A stretch of DNA of 63,844 nt, filler included, from Rhabdomonas costata (Eukaryota): assembly GCA_019059605.1 (NCBI GenBank). It is 50 parts of 50 records of this genome, joined end to end, with 100 filler letters (N's around TTAATTAATTAA, not from the genome) between each part and the next. Parts side by side here need not be neighbours in the genome. Positions count along the whole stretch, not along the records: positions 48,610 to 49,787 come from JAHMHO010024876.1; positions 49,888 to 51,065 come from JAHMHO010024877.1; positions 51,166 to 52,342 come from JAHMHO010024878.1; positions 52,443 to 53,620 come from JAHMHO010024879.1; positions 53,721 to 54,898 come from JAHMHO010024880.1; positions 54,999 to 56,176 come from JAHMHO010024881.1; positions 56,277 to 57,454 come from JAHMHO010024882.1; positions 57,555 to 58,732 come from JAHMHO010024883.1; 42 more parts are not named here. One strand, given 5' to 3'. Position numbers and translations under genes: made by a program. Under the pieces are notes generated by a model, which ran no database searches, was not told the origin of the DNA, and saw only the letters and a program-made list of their open reading frames with translations. This document shows, piece by piece, positions 49,015 to 59,830 of the stretch (the first letter of the stretch is position 1; each line of letters opens with the position of its first letter).

Positions 49015-49385
49015 AATAAAATGTGCAAAAACATTGCAAAAAGTGCAATTCAAGTTTTTCAAATTTTTCGAAGGGGTCGGAACTGCAAAAAAAAATTGCA
49101 CAATTTGCAGCACTTTTTTATTGCACTTTTTTGCTTTGCATTTTTGACCCTGTTTTTGACCCCCAATTTGCATTTTTGCTTTCGGAGCTGATTTTTGGGT
49201 CCCAACGCCGGTCCCGGTGGTGCCTGCTGCTGAAGCAGACGGAGATCCTTCTTTCGCTTCGCTTGTAACACGATTTTGTGATGTAGACGAAAGGGACCCC
49301 GGGGCGAAAATTTTGCTTAAAATGCACTTTTTTTTTTGCATATTTTTGCTTACTTTCATTTTGTGTGTGCTTTTTTGTGCAGCCC
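49015..49385. repeat. AT-rich element built from TGCAAAAA / TTTTTGCA arrays (MITE/foldback-like)
   Basis: Multiple TGCA(A)n units on the left switch to (T)nGCA units on the right. It lies downstream of the ABC1 stop codon. Confidence 0.55.
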
Positions 49386-49591
49386 TTTGTGCACGGTGGA
49401 TGTGAGTATGTCAGGCAAGGTGTGTGATACTCTGCTTCTCCATCGGCGCAGCACTGCTCAGGCGTGCAACCCCTTCTCCTTCATTTCTTCCCGGATCCAT
49501 GTCAACCTCTCAGAATGTCTGTGAGCATCGTGAACATGTGTGTGTGTGTCTGTGTGTGGTGAAAGGGGTGAAGGGGATCAGGTGAAGGGGA

Positions 49592-49780
49592 TCAGTCCCA
49601 CTTCCTCTCCACGGGGCGGGTGTGCTTCACTCGGCCCGCGCCCAGCATGGGGATCAGGTGCTTCACCATGGAGGGGTGCTGGGTCAGCCACTCCACGATA
49701 TACGGCTGTGAGGCCGTGACCAGGTCCAGGTCGCAGTCCAGCCGCCGAGCCAGGCCCTCCATGATCACGATCGACACCAC
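49592..49780 (-). CDS. ABC1/UbiB atypical kinase (ADCK2-like), C-terminal exon
   Basis: VSIVIMEGLARRLDCDLDLVTASQPYI...RKWD* matches i.vlEGlgr.LDpdldl...a.P. Confidence 0.8.
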   Translation of the reverse strand: MVSIVIMEGLARRLDCDLDLVTASQPYIVEWLTQHPSMVKHLIPMLGAGRVKHTRPVERKWD

Positions 49781-50306
49781 CCAACAANNNNNNNNNNNNN
49801 NNNNNNNNNNNNNNNNNNNNNNNNNNNNNNNTTAATTAATTAANNNNNNNNNNNNNNNNNNNNNNNNNNNNNNNNNNNNNNNNNNNNTTTGTTTCGGAGT
49901 GCTGGGCTGCCGGCACACACGTAGACGCAGAGCGTCAGGCAAAGGTCCACCGGCAACACCTCACACACTCACAAACATCTCACAAACGTCGCCAGAATCT
50001 TTATTGCAATTGCAGCTCTCTGCACACACACACACACCATTGCTGCTGAGTTTTCAGTTCTCACTTCTCGGAGGCTTAAAGGATATACAGACCTGCTCGA
50101 ATGATATTCATCCCCCACGTGCCAGTCGCGGGAAGGGGCGACAGCAGGAGGGGAGGGGAGAGTGATCGCAGGCGGGAGTAGGAATGGAACAGCTCGTGTA
50201 TATACAGCACGACGCAAAGAGAGATTCTCTCTCCCATTTCTGAACCACAGAACTCTAAAGGAGCGGACGCGGAAACTCGCTGGAAACTTCAAAACTCTTA
50301 CCCTGC

Positions 50307-50822
50307 TCACTGCGGCGGGGGGGCCACGAAGTTGCTGAAGGTGGGCTTAGTCTTCGCCGCGAAGGAGCCGATGGCGGAGAAGAGGTCCTCGCTCTTCAGG
50401 AAGGCCGCGTTCCACATCGCCTGGGGAGCCAGACATGAAGGCAGAGCGGAGGAAGGAGCACCACTTAGCTGAGCTGCACCATGAAACTTTTATGAATCAA
50501 AAGGGCACAGTGTTTGTGGTTGTGAAGTGCCCTGCTCGCGACAAGTGACTGGATGGTGTCTGACCAAGTCTGCTATTCCGCATAAGACCCCAGAGCGTCA
50601 TGAAATCAGCGATACCTCTAAACACTATTCATCTGCAAAGAAGAGCAATGCTGGGAGTTCTGCGAGTGGAATGGCCACCAAAAATAGAGGGCACATAACT
50701 ACTTGAGGATCCAAGAAGGTGTTTCCAGGCTACTCGGAACATGCACACGCACATAGACATGCGCAGACCATCTGCTCCAGGCCGTCCTCCAGGTTGTGGT
50801 TCTCGGCATAGTTCAGGACGTA
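50307..50822 (-). CDS. ECH1: Delta3,5-Delta2,4-dienoyl-CoA isomerase-like (crotonase family), last two exons (50822-50769, 50420-50307)
   Basis: YVLNYAENHNLEDGLEQM|AMWNAAFLKSEDLFSAIGSFAAKTKPTFSNFVAPPPQ* matches L.ysrdh.v..GL..va.WN.a.L.s.Dl..a......K.KP.F. Confidence 0.82.
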
Positions 50823-51418
50823 CTACGAAAAAAAAAAGGCAAAGCAAAGCACGGAAGACACCATCATCTGGGGTGAGGATCAAAAACGTCTCTGCACTTT
50901 TGCAACTTTGGTACTTCTGGGATTTGGTAAACTATTGAGGTTAAAGGGCGTCCGCGGAGCGACCGGAGCGGGCGTGGGCGTGTCATTTGTTCTGCAGTTC
51001 CGCCGACACACAGTACAATCGAGGTGAGCCCTTAAACCTCAATAGTTTACTAAATCCCACAAAAANNNNNNNNNNNNNNNNNNNNNNNNNNNNNNNNNNN
51101 NNNNNNNNNTTAATTAATTAANNNNNNNNNNNNNNNNNNNNNNNNNNNNNNNNNNNNNNNNNNNNTTGTGGGTTGATCACAGTGAGATTGCAGGCAGTCA
51201 CTCCCATGCAATCTCACTGTGATCAACCCTTTGCACAAGGCCCCAGCCTCTTCCCGAGCCCAGTGGTGAGCAGAGCGTCTTTCCACTGCAATACACTGCC
51301 TCCCGTGATGATGACTAAGCTCACTTCAGATTGTAGCGGGCGGATTCGGTGCGGTGCAGAGGCTTCCAAAGGCACCATTCTGCTGTGAGGGCTGTGAGCA
51401 TTTAGCACCGGGGTGCAC

Positions 51419-51517
51419 CTGAAGGTTCAGATTCGCGCCTGCCTTGGCCAGGGCTTCCAAGGCCTCTACATTGCCGCATTGCGCGGCGCAGTGCGCTGGA
51501 GTCCTCCCCTCGGAGTC
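51419..51517 (-). CDS. Ankyrin-repeat exon (one 33-aa repeat)
   Basis: 99-bp phase-0 exon DSEGRTPAHCAAQCGNVEALEALAKAGANLNLQ. Confidence 0.92.
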
Positions 51518-53919
51518 CTGAACACAGAAAAAACATAAACGCATGTCCAGTGAGCCACACAAAAGCGCTTAGGGTGCGGGCGCGGCTCTAAAAGACGTCG
51601 CCACAGCGTACCTTCACAGCGGCTCCGGATAATTTGTTGGCTTTCTGAGAGAAGGCGCCTTCACGGCCGATTGGCGTTCTTCGGTGGGTTGCCCTACAGG
51701 TATGTCGTACTTCCATGGATTGAATATCTGTAATTCTGTGAACGCACACCTTCTGTAAGCACTTTTTGCAGCGCAGAAGCCCTCTCTTAAAGAGAGCGGT
51801 CCACCCGCAAAGTAACTCCCACGCACACACACATAATACACAAAATTTCCGAGTTGAGGGCGGGCGGTGGCGGGTTCTCGCAAAGGCCTTTGGAGAGGAA
51901 TGCTAAGGGCCAAGGAATCCTAAGGGCCAATTCTCCGCTAAATCGTCCCAATGGATCGATGGAAGTGAGTGTGTGGATTCCCTTTTCTCACCGTCGTTTT
52001 TCCAAAGAAGTGCGACATTGCACTGAGGCACAGCCCGAATCCCACCATTGTCTCATTTGAGTTGGTTTTACATCGCTTTGACAGTGCAGCGTCCCCCCGC
52101 CCCCCTCGTATGGACTTATGGGAGCGCAGAAGTCCTATTGAGGGCAGTATCTGCCATCACTATAACCCTATTTTGCGGCAGGGGTTGCGGAACTTCAGAG
52201 AGGTGAACAGTTTCACGGAATCAAAACAAGCCGCCCCGCTCGGCCACCCCACAGACAACACGGGCAAGGCGAAGGTCCGTACTACTGAAGCTTTCCTGCA
52301 GCAGGCAGCAGGGAGAAGCACGAAGACCCTCTGGAAATATGGNNNNNNNNNNNNNNNNNNNNNNNNNNNNNNNNNNNNNNNNNNNNTTAATTAATTAANN
52401 NNNNNNNNNNNNNNNNNNNNNNNNNNNNNNNNNNNNNNNNNNGGTGTGTGTGTGATGTGCGAGAAAAGTAAGCTTGTGTGTGCGTCAAGTGCTCTTTCCA
52501 TCGGTCTGCTTTCATAGTCATACCCTTGCTGCCTCCTCCTTTTCTCCTTCTCGAGTTATATTGCCCGTGCTACCTCAAAAGTGACAGAGGAGAACAGGGT
52601 TACCAAAAAGTCAGGTTTTGGGCTTGGAGAGAGTTTTAGGACAGTAAAAATGTCTTCCCGTATAAACCTCAACTGTAGAATTGCTTATTCTTCGTTCAAA
52701 GGTTCAAAGGTTCAAAGCGCCATAGTGTGGTGTCCTTCAGTTTACGGATGTTTTTCACTTGTCTGCGTGCGTTTTTCGCCTCTCACTTCTGATCTGGCAC
52801 AGGCCATATCTTGGCTGTTGCACAACTGAAGCCGAACTTTTGAACTCCTGCTGCCGGTTGTCGACCCGTTGATGTCGTGCTGCTTTTTTTTTTGCCTTTT
52901 GGTGAAATTACTCCCTCCGACAACCCCAAAAGTGTGTGTAGGAGCGTGGGTGTGGGTGGGTGTGGGGGACGGGGAGCACGGCACTACGGTGAGAATGGCT
53001 AAAAGTAAACGTGTGTGAGTGTTTTTCGCCTGCTTCTTATAACCCTTGCTTGGACCCAAGGCGAACAGACTTGTAAACAAAAAATCCCCACAAGACACCG
53101 TAATTATGAATAACCAGTAATCTGAAGACCCCTGCTCTTTGAAGTCGGGCTGCTCGCCGCAGTTCCTCGAAGCCCACGCTTCCAGGCCTGGGACACAAGC
53201 TGGCGTAGGACTGCCCTACTGCAGCTTCAACTTCTTCACTCTCATCCCCCCTCCTCCACAAAAAGAAGGTTTGCGGACAGTAAAGCGCCTTTTCAGCGTC
53301 AGGAAGAGTTTGCTTGTGAGGTTTTCTGAGCCAGGATTGACCATTTTTGACCATCCCAGGAAAAAGTCCTTTTACGTTGTTGTTTTTGCACCTTTTCTAT
53401 TTTTTCCGTGTGGAAATCGGCGGCTGTGCTCCACAGCGCCCAAAAGGCAACTCCACCCAAAACCCTTACCCACAACCTTTCTTGCCTGCAGCTGCAGTGG
53501 CAGCAGATTTAGTCAGGTTTCTAGCGTTTATTTTCAACGCTTTTTTTTTTACCTCCCTCTCCCCTTTTCCCCAAAAAGCTTCTCCTTCGTTTTCTTCATC
53601 CGTAAAAAGGAAAAAAAACANNNNNNNNNNNNNNNNNNNNNNNNNNNNNNNNNNNNNNNNNNNNTTAATTAATTAANNNNNNNNNNNNNNNNNNNNNNNN
53701 NNNNNNNNNNNNNNNNNNNNTGTGGTTTTTTACGGCGTCATTCACTCTAACTGTACCTCTCTCTAGCACCCCCGTGGCCAACAGCGCATGTGACCGTCAG
53801 TCCACATCGGTCACCAGCAGTCCATCAGGGGACATCCAGCGAGCCAACACGCACCTTCTTCTTCTGGGAATCGGGGGGGGGGGTACCTTGCTGAAATACG
53901 TGATGATTGGTGGGCACAG

Positions 53920-54850
53920 GAGATGTTCGACTACTGCGTGCTGCACGGGATCTTTAGTCTGAAGTTTATGCGGGAAATCCCAGCCCTGGGGTGGAACTTC
54001 ATGAGTGGCTGGGAGTCCGTGCTGACGTCGTGCCGCGGAAAGTACGACCTGGTGGTATCGACCTTCACGTCATGCAACATGGGCATCACCCTGGCCGAGG
54101 CCAGCGGGGTGCCCGTGGTGATCGCTCACTACCTGCCCTTCGGCGAGACGCAGTACTTCTGGAGCCCCTTGTCCTCCACCGCGCTGCACAGCTCGACCTC
54201 CAGGCCGTCGTGGGTGAACCGGCTCTCCCATGAGCTCGTCGAGTACCTCTACGTACGCTACTCCCAAAATACCGACACGGCAGCTGTTCACACACCGGCG
54301 CTGGGGAATCTGACTGACCAACATTAGCTCCTCTTTATATGTCATGCCAACAACACCGAAAAGAACTGAAAAAGACCCCCCCAAAAAAAAAGGCGCGCGC
54401 GCGAAAAGCTGCAAGAAACCCTCATACAGGTAGCCGTCGATGGCCAACTGCAAACCGCCATCTTCAACCCCCTTTCGTACTGCGGCAGCCATTTTAATTG
54501 CCAGCCGCACGGCGCCAGCTACTGCACACAGCCATTTACGGGGGGGGGGTCACCACCGCAGGGGCAGCTCTCGCGGTTCCCGACGAACCAGATTCGCGGC
54601 CGCTTGGGGCTGCCCTCGATCAACGGCTTCCACCGGGGCTCCAACTGGGCCGCCAAGCACTCCGCCCCCGTGGTGTACGGGTTCAGCCCCAGTTTCCTCC
54701 CCAAGCCCCCCGACTGGCCCGAGCGCGCCCGCGTGGTGGGGTACTGGTGGCTGAAGGAGCCCCCGTACACCCCCTTCCCAGAGCTGCAGGCCTTCCTGGC
54801 CTCCGGCGCCCCCCCGGTGTACATCGGCTTTGGCAGCGTCACCGTTCCAG
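53920..54850 (+). CDS. Sterol 3-beta-glucosyltransferase-like (UGT51/UGT80-type GT-B), exons 53920-54252 and 54562-54850
   Basis: LAEASGVP, VNRLSH, YGFSPSFLPKPPDWP...VVGYWWL...ELQAFLASGAPPVYIGFGS. Confidence 0.92.
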
Positions 54851-55247
54851 GTGGAAGCTGACCTTCCCACCGTCCCTGGTGCCTTATTCCAAAACACANN
54901 NNNNNNNNNNNNNNNNNNNNNNNNNNNNNNNNNNNNNNNNNNTTAATTAATTAANNNNNNNNNNNNNNNNNNNNNNNNNNNNNNNNNNNNNNNNNNNNGT
55001 GGGTGGTGGTGACGATGTGGTTTGGCAGCTACACAACGACGCTTTTGGGCCCCTTTTGGACAAAGCGGTTTCGATCTGATGTGGTCACACGTCTCCCTTC
55101 GTTTCTTGTTTCTCGTTCCGAATGCAGCCACCTGTTTCCATCCCGCTTGTACCTCACGCCTTCGCAGATCACCTGTAGATCTGTTTTTTGCATGCTGGAC
55201 CGGATTACCTGACCATGATTTTGCGCTCTGCTTGACGTTCTTCTCAG

Positions 55248-55902
55248 GGCTACTCGGTTAGCTCAGGCCGCTCACGACCTGCTCGCAATGTGCGCCGTGC
55301 TGGGCATCCCCACCGCGCCAAACTCCACCGCAGAGGCCCTGCTGGGGGAGACCAGCGCGAGGCTGCCCAAGCTTATCGCTGGAACTCCAGATCTCCTGAA
55401 GCCGGTGTTGCCCCCAGAAACCACGCTGACAGCCCAGCAGAAGGCAACTCTGGAGGCCATTGACCAGGTTTCTGGCTGAAGCGAAGGAAGGGTATTTACC
55501 CGCTGTAAATACAGAACTATCTAAACCATTGTAACCGAAGCATCATCATTTAGAGAAAGAATTGTTACCATCCCATTTTATTGAAAACATGGGAAACGTA
55601 ATTGCAACGAAGCTGGTGGGAAAGGAAGTGTAATCTCAGCTTTATTTATGTAATAATTTTCGACCTTTTTTCTCCGAAATGTCCGAAACGTTTTGTTTTA
55701 CAAGGCAGTTCTCTCAATTGAAGGGAAGCAGACATTTTGAGGAAACGCAAGGTGGATCATCCTTCTTGCCCTTTCTCAGGCCTTACGGCAGGAGTACACC
55801 AAGCGCAGGCAGCTGATGCTCACTCGCTTCCGGGTCACCCTTCAGGCCTTCGAGTGGAGCGAGAAGAAAGGAATTGATCTTCAGAAGATTCGCCAGCTGA
55901 AG
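55248..55902 (+). CDS. FAM98: FAM98 family protein (exons 55248-55467, 55780-55902)
   Basis: LTAQQKATLEAIDQ|ALRQEYTKRRQLMLTRFRVTLQAFEWSEK matches Ieainqal..EY..RR.ll.kRldVTvQsF.WSd. Confidence 0.85.
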
Positions 55903-56311
55903 GTCTGCTGAAGATCGTGATTTCCGTGAAATATTTACTTGGCGGGCAAGTGAGACGCATGCGAATTTTCAGGTCAGAAGCTGGACCGCTGTTCCGCAGC
56001 GGCGACGCGCCATACACTTCGCGTCCTCTGTGGCGTGTGATGTGGCCCTCCGGGCACCCGCAGTAGTGTCAGTGCGGCAAGAATGGTAATTGTGTTTACC
56101 TTGTGGGCGCAGAGTTGCTGGCCAGGCATCCACGGAGGAGAGTGGTCCATGGCCAGCAACTCTGCGCCCACAACCCNNNNNNNNNNNNNNNNNNNNNNNN
56201 NNNNNNNNNNNNNNNNNNNNTTAATTAATTAANNNNNNNNNNNNNNNNNNNNNNNNNNNNNNNNNNNNNNNNNNNNAGTGTTGGGTGTGTATGGGGGGTT
56301 TTGTAGCTCAC

Positions 56312-57273
56312 CCGGAGTCTACTGCAACAGCCGTTTTCGTACACCACCGCGGAGCGCACGCCGTGGCGATCCGCAAATACCGCACTCCCTTCAATTGAGT
56401 TATTCACCCAATGTGGAGTGGGTGCGCAGAAGGGACCGAATCGAATACACGATGGAAGGTGCGTGTAAAGCGTCTGAATTGCAGCACTGCCATCTTGGAT
56501 GGTGCCTTTGAGCCAAGACACTGCTCGTTTTCACGCCCTCCGTTAAAAAAGAGAGGTCGCGAGCTTGTGACGACCTGAACTTGCAACGCGCCATGGCTTT
56601 GCGATTGCTTCCGAACGGGCGCATGTGAATGTAAGTCTGGAATTTAAAGGTGGTGCGAGGGACGGTCGAAGAATTCGATTTTGACGGCAGCTGCGTTCGG
56701 GTGCTTTTTTTTTACGACGCTTTCCCTCTGTGTATTCCATGTGGGCCGGGCAGAGGTGGCTAAACGCGGAGTCATCAGTAACAGTGAAACGCCCTGAATG
56801 AATTGCGCCTGTTTTCCCAACAACCGCGTGCTAAACACCACCCGAGCACTCCCATCACCGAAATGTATTGATGGTTGGAGTGAGGGGAAAATTTCCAATC
56901 CGCAGGCGATACGCGTCAAAGGTCGGGATGGAATTCCAAAACCATATATGGTAACACATCCATCGTGTGGGGTATCTGAAATATGAACATAATCACAAAT
57001 CATCACAGAGGAAAAAGCAACAACAGCCCCTTCACTCTGGTTCCTATCTGCTGCGCCCAGGGCAAACAAAAAGAAAGAAAGAGTCATCGCAATCACGCCC
57101 CTTCTCCCATCCTCACCCGCAAGAAACCTTCCAGGCTCTCCCCGGTGGCGTAGGTGAAGGTCGCTCTGCCGTGGCGCTGGTTGTTCCTCCACATCCCTTC
57201 GTAGCGACTGCCCGTGACGTCCACGAAAACCCCGAAGCCCTCCCTCGCGCCCCGTAAGACTTGCCCCTCGAAC
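56312..57273 (-). CDS. MORN-repeat protein (exons 57273-57128 and ~56413-56312)
   Basis: FEGQVLRGAREGFGVFVDVTGSRYEGMWRNNQRHGRATFTYATGESLE, then HWVNNSIEGSAVFADRHGVRSAVVYENG. Confidence 0.88.
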
Positions 57274-57602
57274 CTGACACAACCAACACCCACCCGATTG
57301 CAGAATGGTTTTCCATCCCGTGAAAAGAACAGTCTGCACACTGCATTCCCTCTACAAAGGGGACGGGTTTCGGAAAACAACCCCCAACCCCACAGCGGCT
57401 GTACGAGCCCAAGGCCTTCTCCTGCTTCTCACCAAAAACCGCTTCCCAAAAACCNNNNNNNNNNNNNNNNNNNNNNNNNNNNNNNNNNNNNNNNNNNNTT
57501 AATTAATTAANNNNNNNNNNNNNNNNNNNNNNNNNNNNNNNNNNNNNNNNNNNNGGGGTTGGTGCGTGGAAGAGTTTGATCCCTAGGGCGGTGGTGTCGC
57601 AG

Positions 57603-58704
57603 GTTGGGCTTCGGGCGGACTGGGGCCTGTTCTTCTTGTGGTGGCTGGTGTACACCCTGGTGACCTCCTTCTTCACGTTCTTTGGGGTGCTTCTGGTGGT
57701 GCTTCTGCCGGACGGCAGCACGGCTAACCTTGTGGGCACGGGGCTGACGAACATCTGGAGCATGTTCTGCGGGTGTGCCACTTTTTGATGGGTTTTTTGC
57801 TTCCTGGTGGATCACTCGCATAGATTTGATAGTGGTATGATGGTACTTCTGCTGCGGGAGGATTCATTTTTTCCGTTCTTCGCACACATTGGCTCAGACC
57901 GTGTTTGCAGGAGAGGGTTTTATGCTTTCAACCCTACCGTCATCTTAAAATTAGAGTTGAAATTAGAGTTCTGCATGTCTTGCACGCCTGCGGTTCCTTT
58001 TCTCCTCGTTTCTGTTTTGTATTATGACATCGTTGCCGTTAGCTCCCTGGAAGGACGACACAACCATGTTTGGGCGTATAAGCTCTCCGTGGCATTATTT
58101 CTGGGTCGTCATCGAATGGGTTGGCTTGTGAAGGTACGAGTTGACGTTGAAGTGATTCGTGTAGGGTTTGTTTTTGGTCTGTGGTTGGTCAGGACCATCG
58201 ATGGAGCAGGCAATTCTTTTGACGTGTCATCCTCCTCTGATTTGCGTTTTCTTCAGGTTTATGATACCGGTGAACTCCATTCCCACTGTGTGGAGGTTAG
58301 TGCGTACTCGCCTCCATCCCCAACTTTCTCCAACTTTCTTCTTGTCTTGCCCTCCTGAGAGCTTTCGTTCGTCCCTCTCTTTCTTTTTCATGAGATTTAA
58401 ATAATCCACCACCCATGTAATTTATCTTTTCAAAAGTCGGAAATGTTGCACAGGCAATAATAAGTTACGGTGTGTAGCAATAGAGAGAGAGACGCTGCCC
58501 AGAATCTAGATGCGCGCACGAAAGAGAATGAGGCAGTAGGATCTGGTGAAAATTATTCTCGGCATCCTCTCTGCACATGGGTGCATATGCTGGAGGATGG
58601 GATCTTACAGGTTCCTGTACTACTTCAACCCCATTACTTACGCGGTGAACTCTGCCCTTTCGATGCAGTACTACTGCATCGGCGCGGGATGCCCCACCGT
58701 TTCG
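57603..58704 (+). CDS. ABCG/PDR-type ABC transporter transmembrane domain (exons 57603-57772, 58257-58295, 58611-58704)
   Basis: Phase-consistent FFTFFGVLLVVLLPD...IWSMFCG|FMIPVNSIPTVWR|FLYYFNPITYAVNSALSMQY. Confidence 0.93.
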
Positions 58705-58976
58705 GTCAGGCTTCCTTCCTGCCCCCACACACNNNNNNNNNNNNNNNNNNNNNNNNNNNNNNNNNNNNNNNNNNNNTTAATTAATTAANNNNNNNNNNNN
58801 NNNNNNNNNNNNNNNNNNNNNNNNNNNNNNNNTAGCCGGAGAAGAACTGTCTCTGGCTCCAGTGGTAATTGGCCATGCATTATTGGTAGCTACAACGCGA
58901 AGAATTTTCGATTCAGTCCCTTCATCATGCTCTGAATGGCGACCTTCCCTGGTTCTTTTTGCCCACATCATGAAAG

Positions 58977-59830
58977 GTGCCCTGCGGATTTGCCGCTTTA
59001 AAGCACGTCTTCACTCGGGAGAAGCAGGACAACATGGAGAGTTTCATGTTGTCAGAAACCCTGAAGTACCTCTTCTTGCTGTTCGACCCCTACCCAAACC
59101 ACGACTGGCATTTCAGGTGTCCAAAATGCGCTGCCGGTTTTCAAAGCTGGTGGCTGCTGGTTACGTTCGACGACCGCGAATGATTGAAGGATCTCTCAAG
59201 AGATCGTTCGTATATGTGTGGGCAAGTCCGGAGTTCAGCAGCAGAAAGAAAAGTGTAAGTCAACGAAACAGAACGAGAACGAGGACGAGGGAGCGAGGAA
59301 ACAAAAGAAGTAGGGGGCAATAAGTACATGGGGGCACTGTAGATCTCAGGCGTGCTGAACGGAGCAAGGTGAACGAAACCAGAGACAAAAAGGAGGAAAA
59401 CAGGTGAGAACGCGAAGGAGGAAGTGGGGAACCAAAAATTCGAGACGGCTTCCGACGCAGTGGGCTTCTACGACTTTTTCCTGGTTTGTGAGATTATTTC
59501 TCGCTGCTTCTATGCATGTCTGCGTGTATTTCTGGTTTATTTTTCTAGAGTTGAAGTCTGTGAAGGACATGAATATGTCACCGGAATGGCTCCCTGTGTT
59601 GTGTGCCTCCATTTATCAGCCATATTTTCAACACGGAAGGCCACCCGTTTCCCATCACCGCGGAGCTGCAGGAGTTCCACGCGCAGTGCATGGACCCTCC
59701 GGAGGAACCCTCCGGCAAAGCCTGGGCATGTTCTGCGGTGAACGCCACTGCCCTGGTGGAGGAGATGCTTGGGTGGCCCTGCTTCGACGTCGCTCCGTAC
59801 CACCGACCCAGCACGTGGCACGTGTTCAGG
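58977..59830 (+). CDS. GH47 alpha-1,2-mannosidase, EDEM-like (exons 58977-59116, 59620-59830)
   Basis: CGFAALKHV...[21 protein letters not shown] and [11 protein letters not shown]. Confidence 0.93.

Noticed and set aside
50918..51058. Terminal inverted repeat with two mismatches (possible MITE TIRs)
   Set aside because: Also at a contig end, so it cannot be separated from the fold-back class, and no target-site duplication is visible. The mismatches leave some chance it is real.
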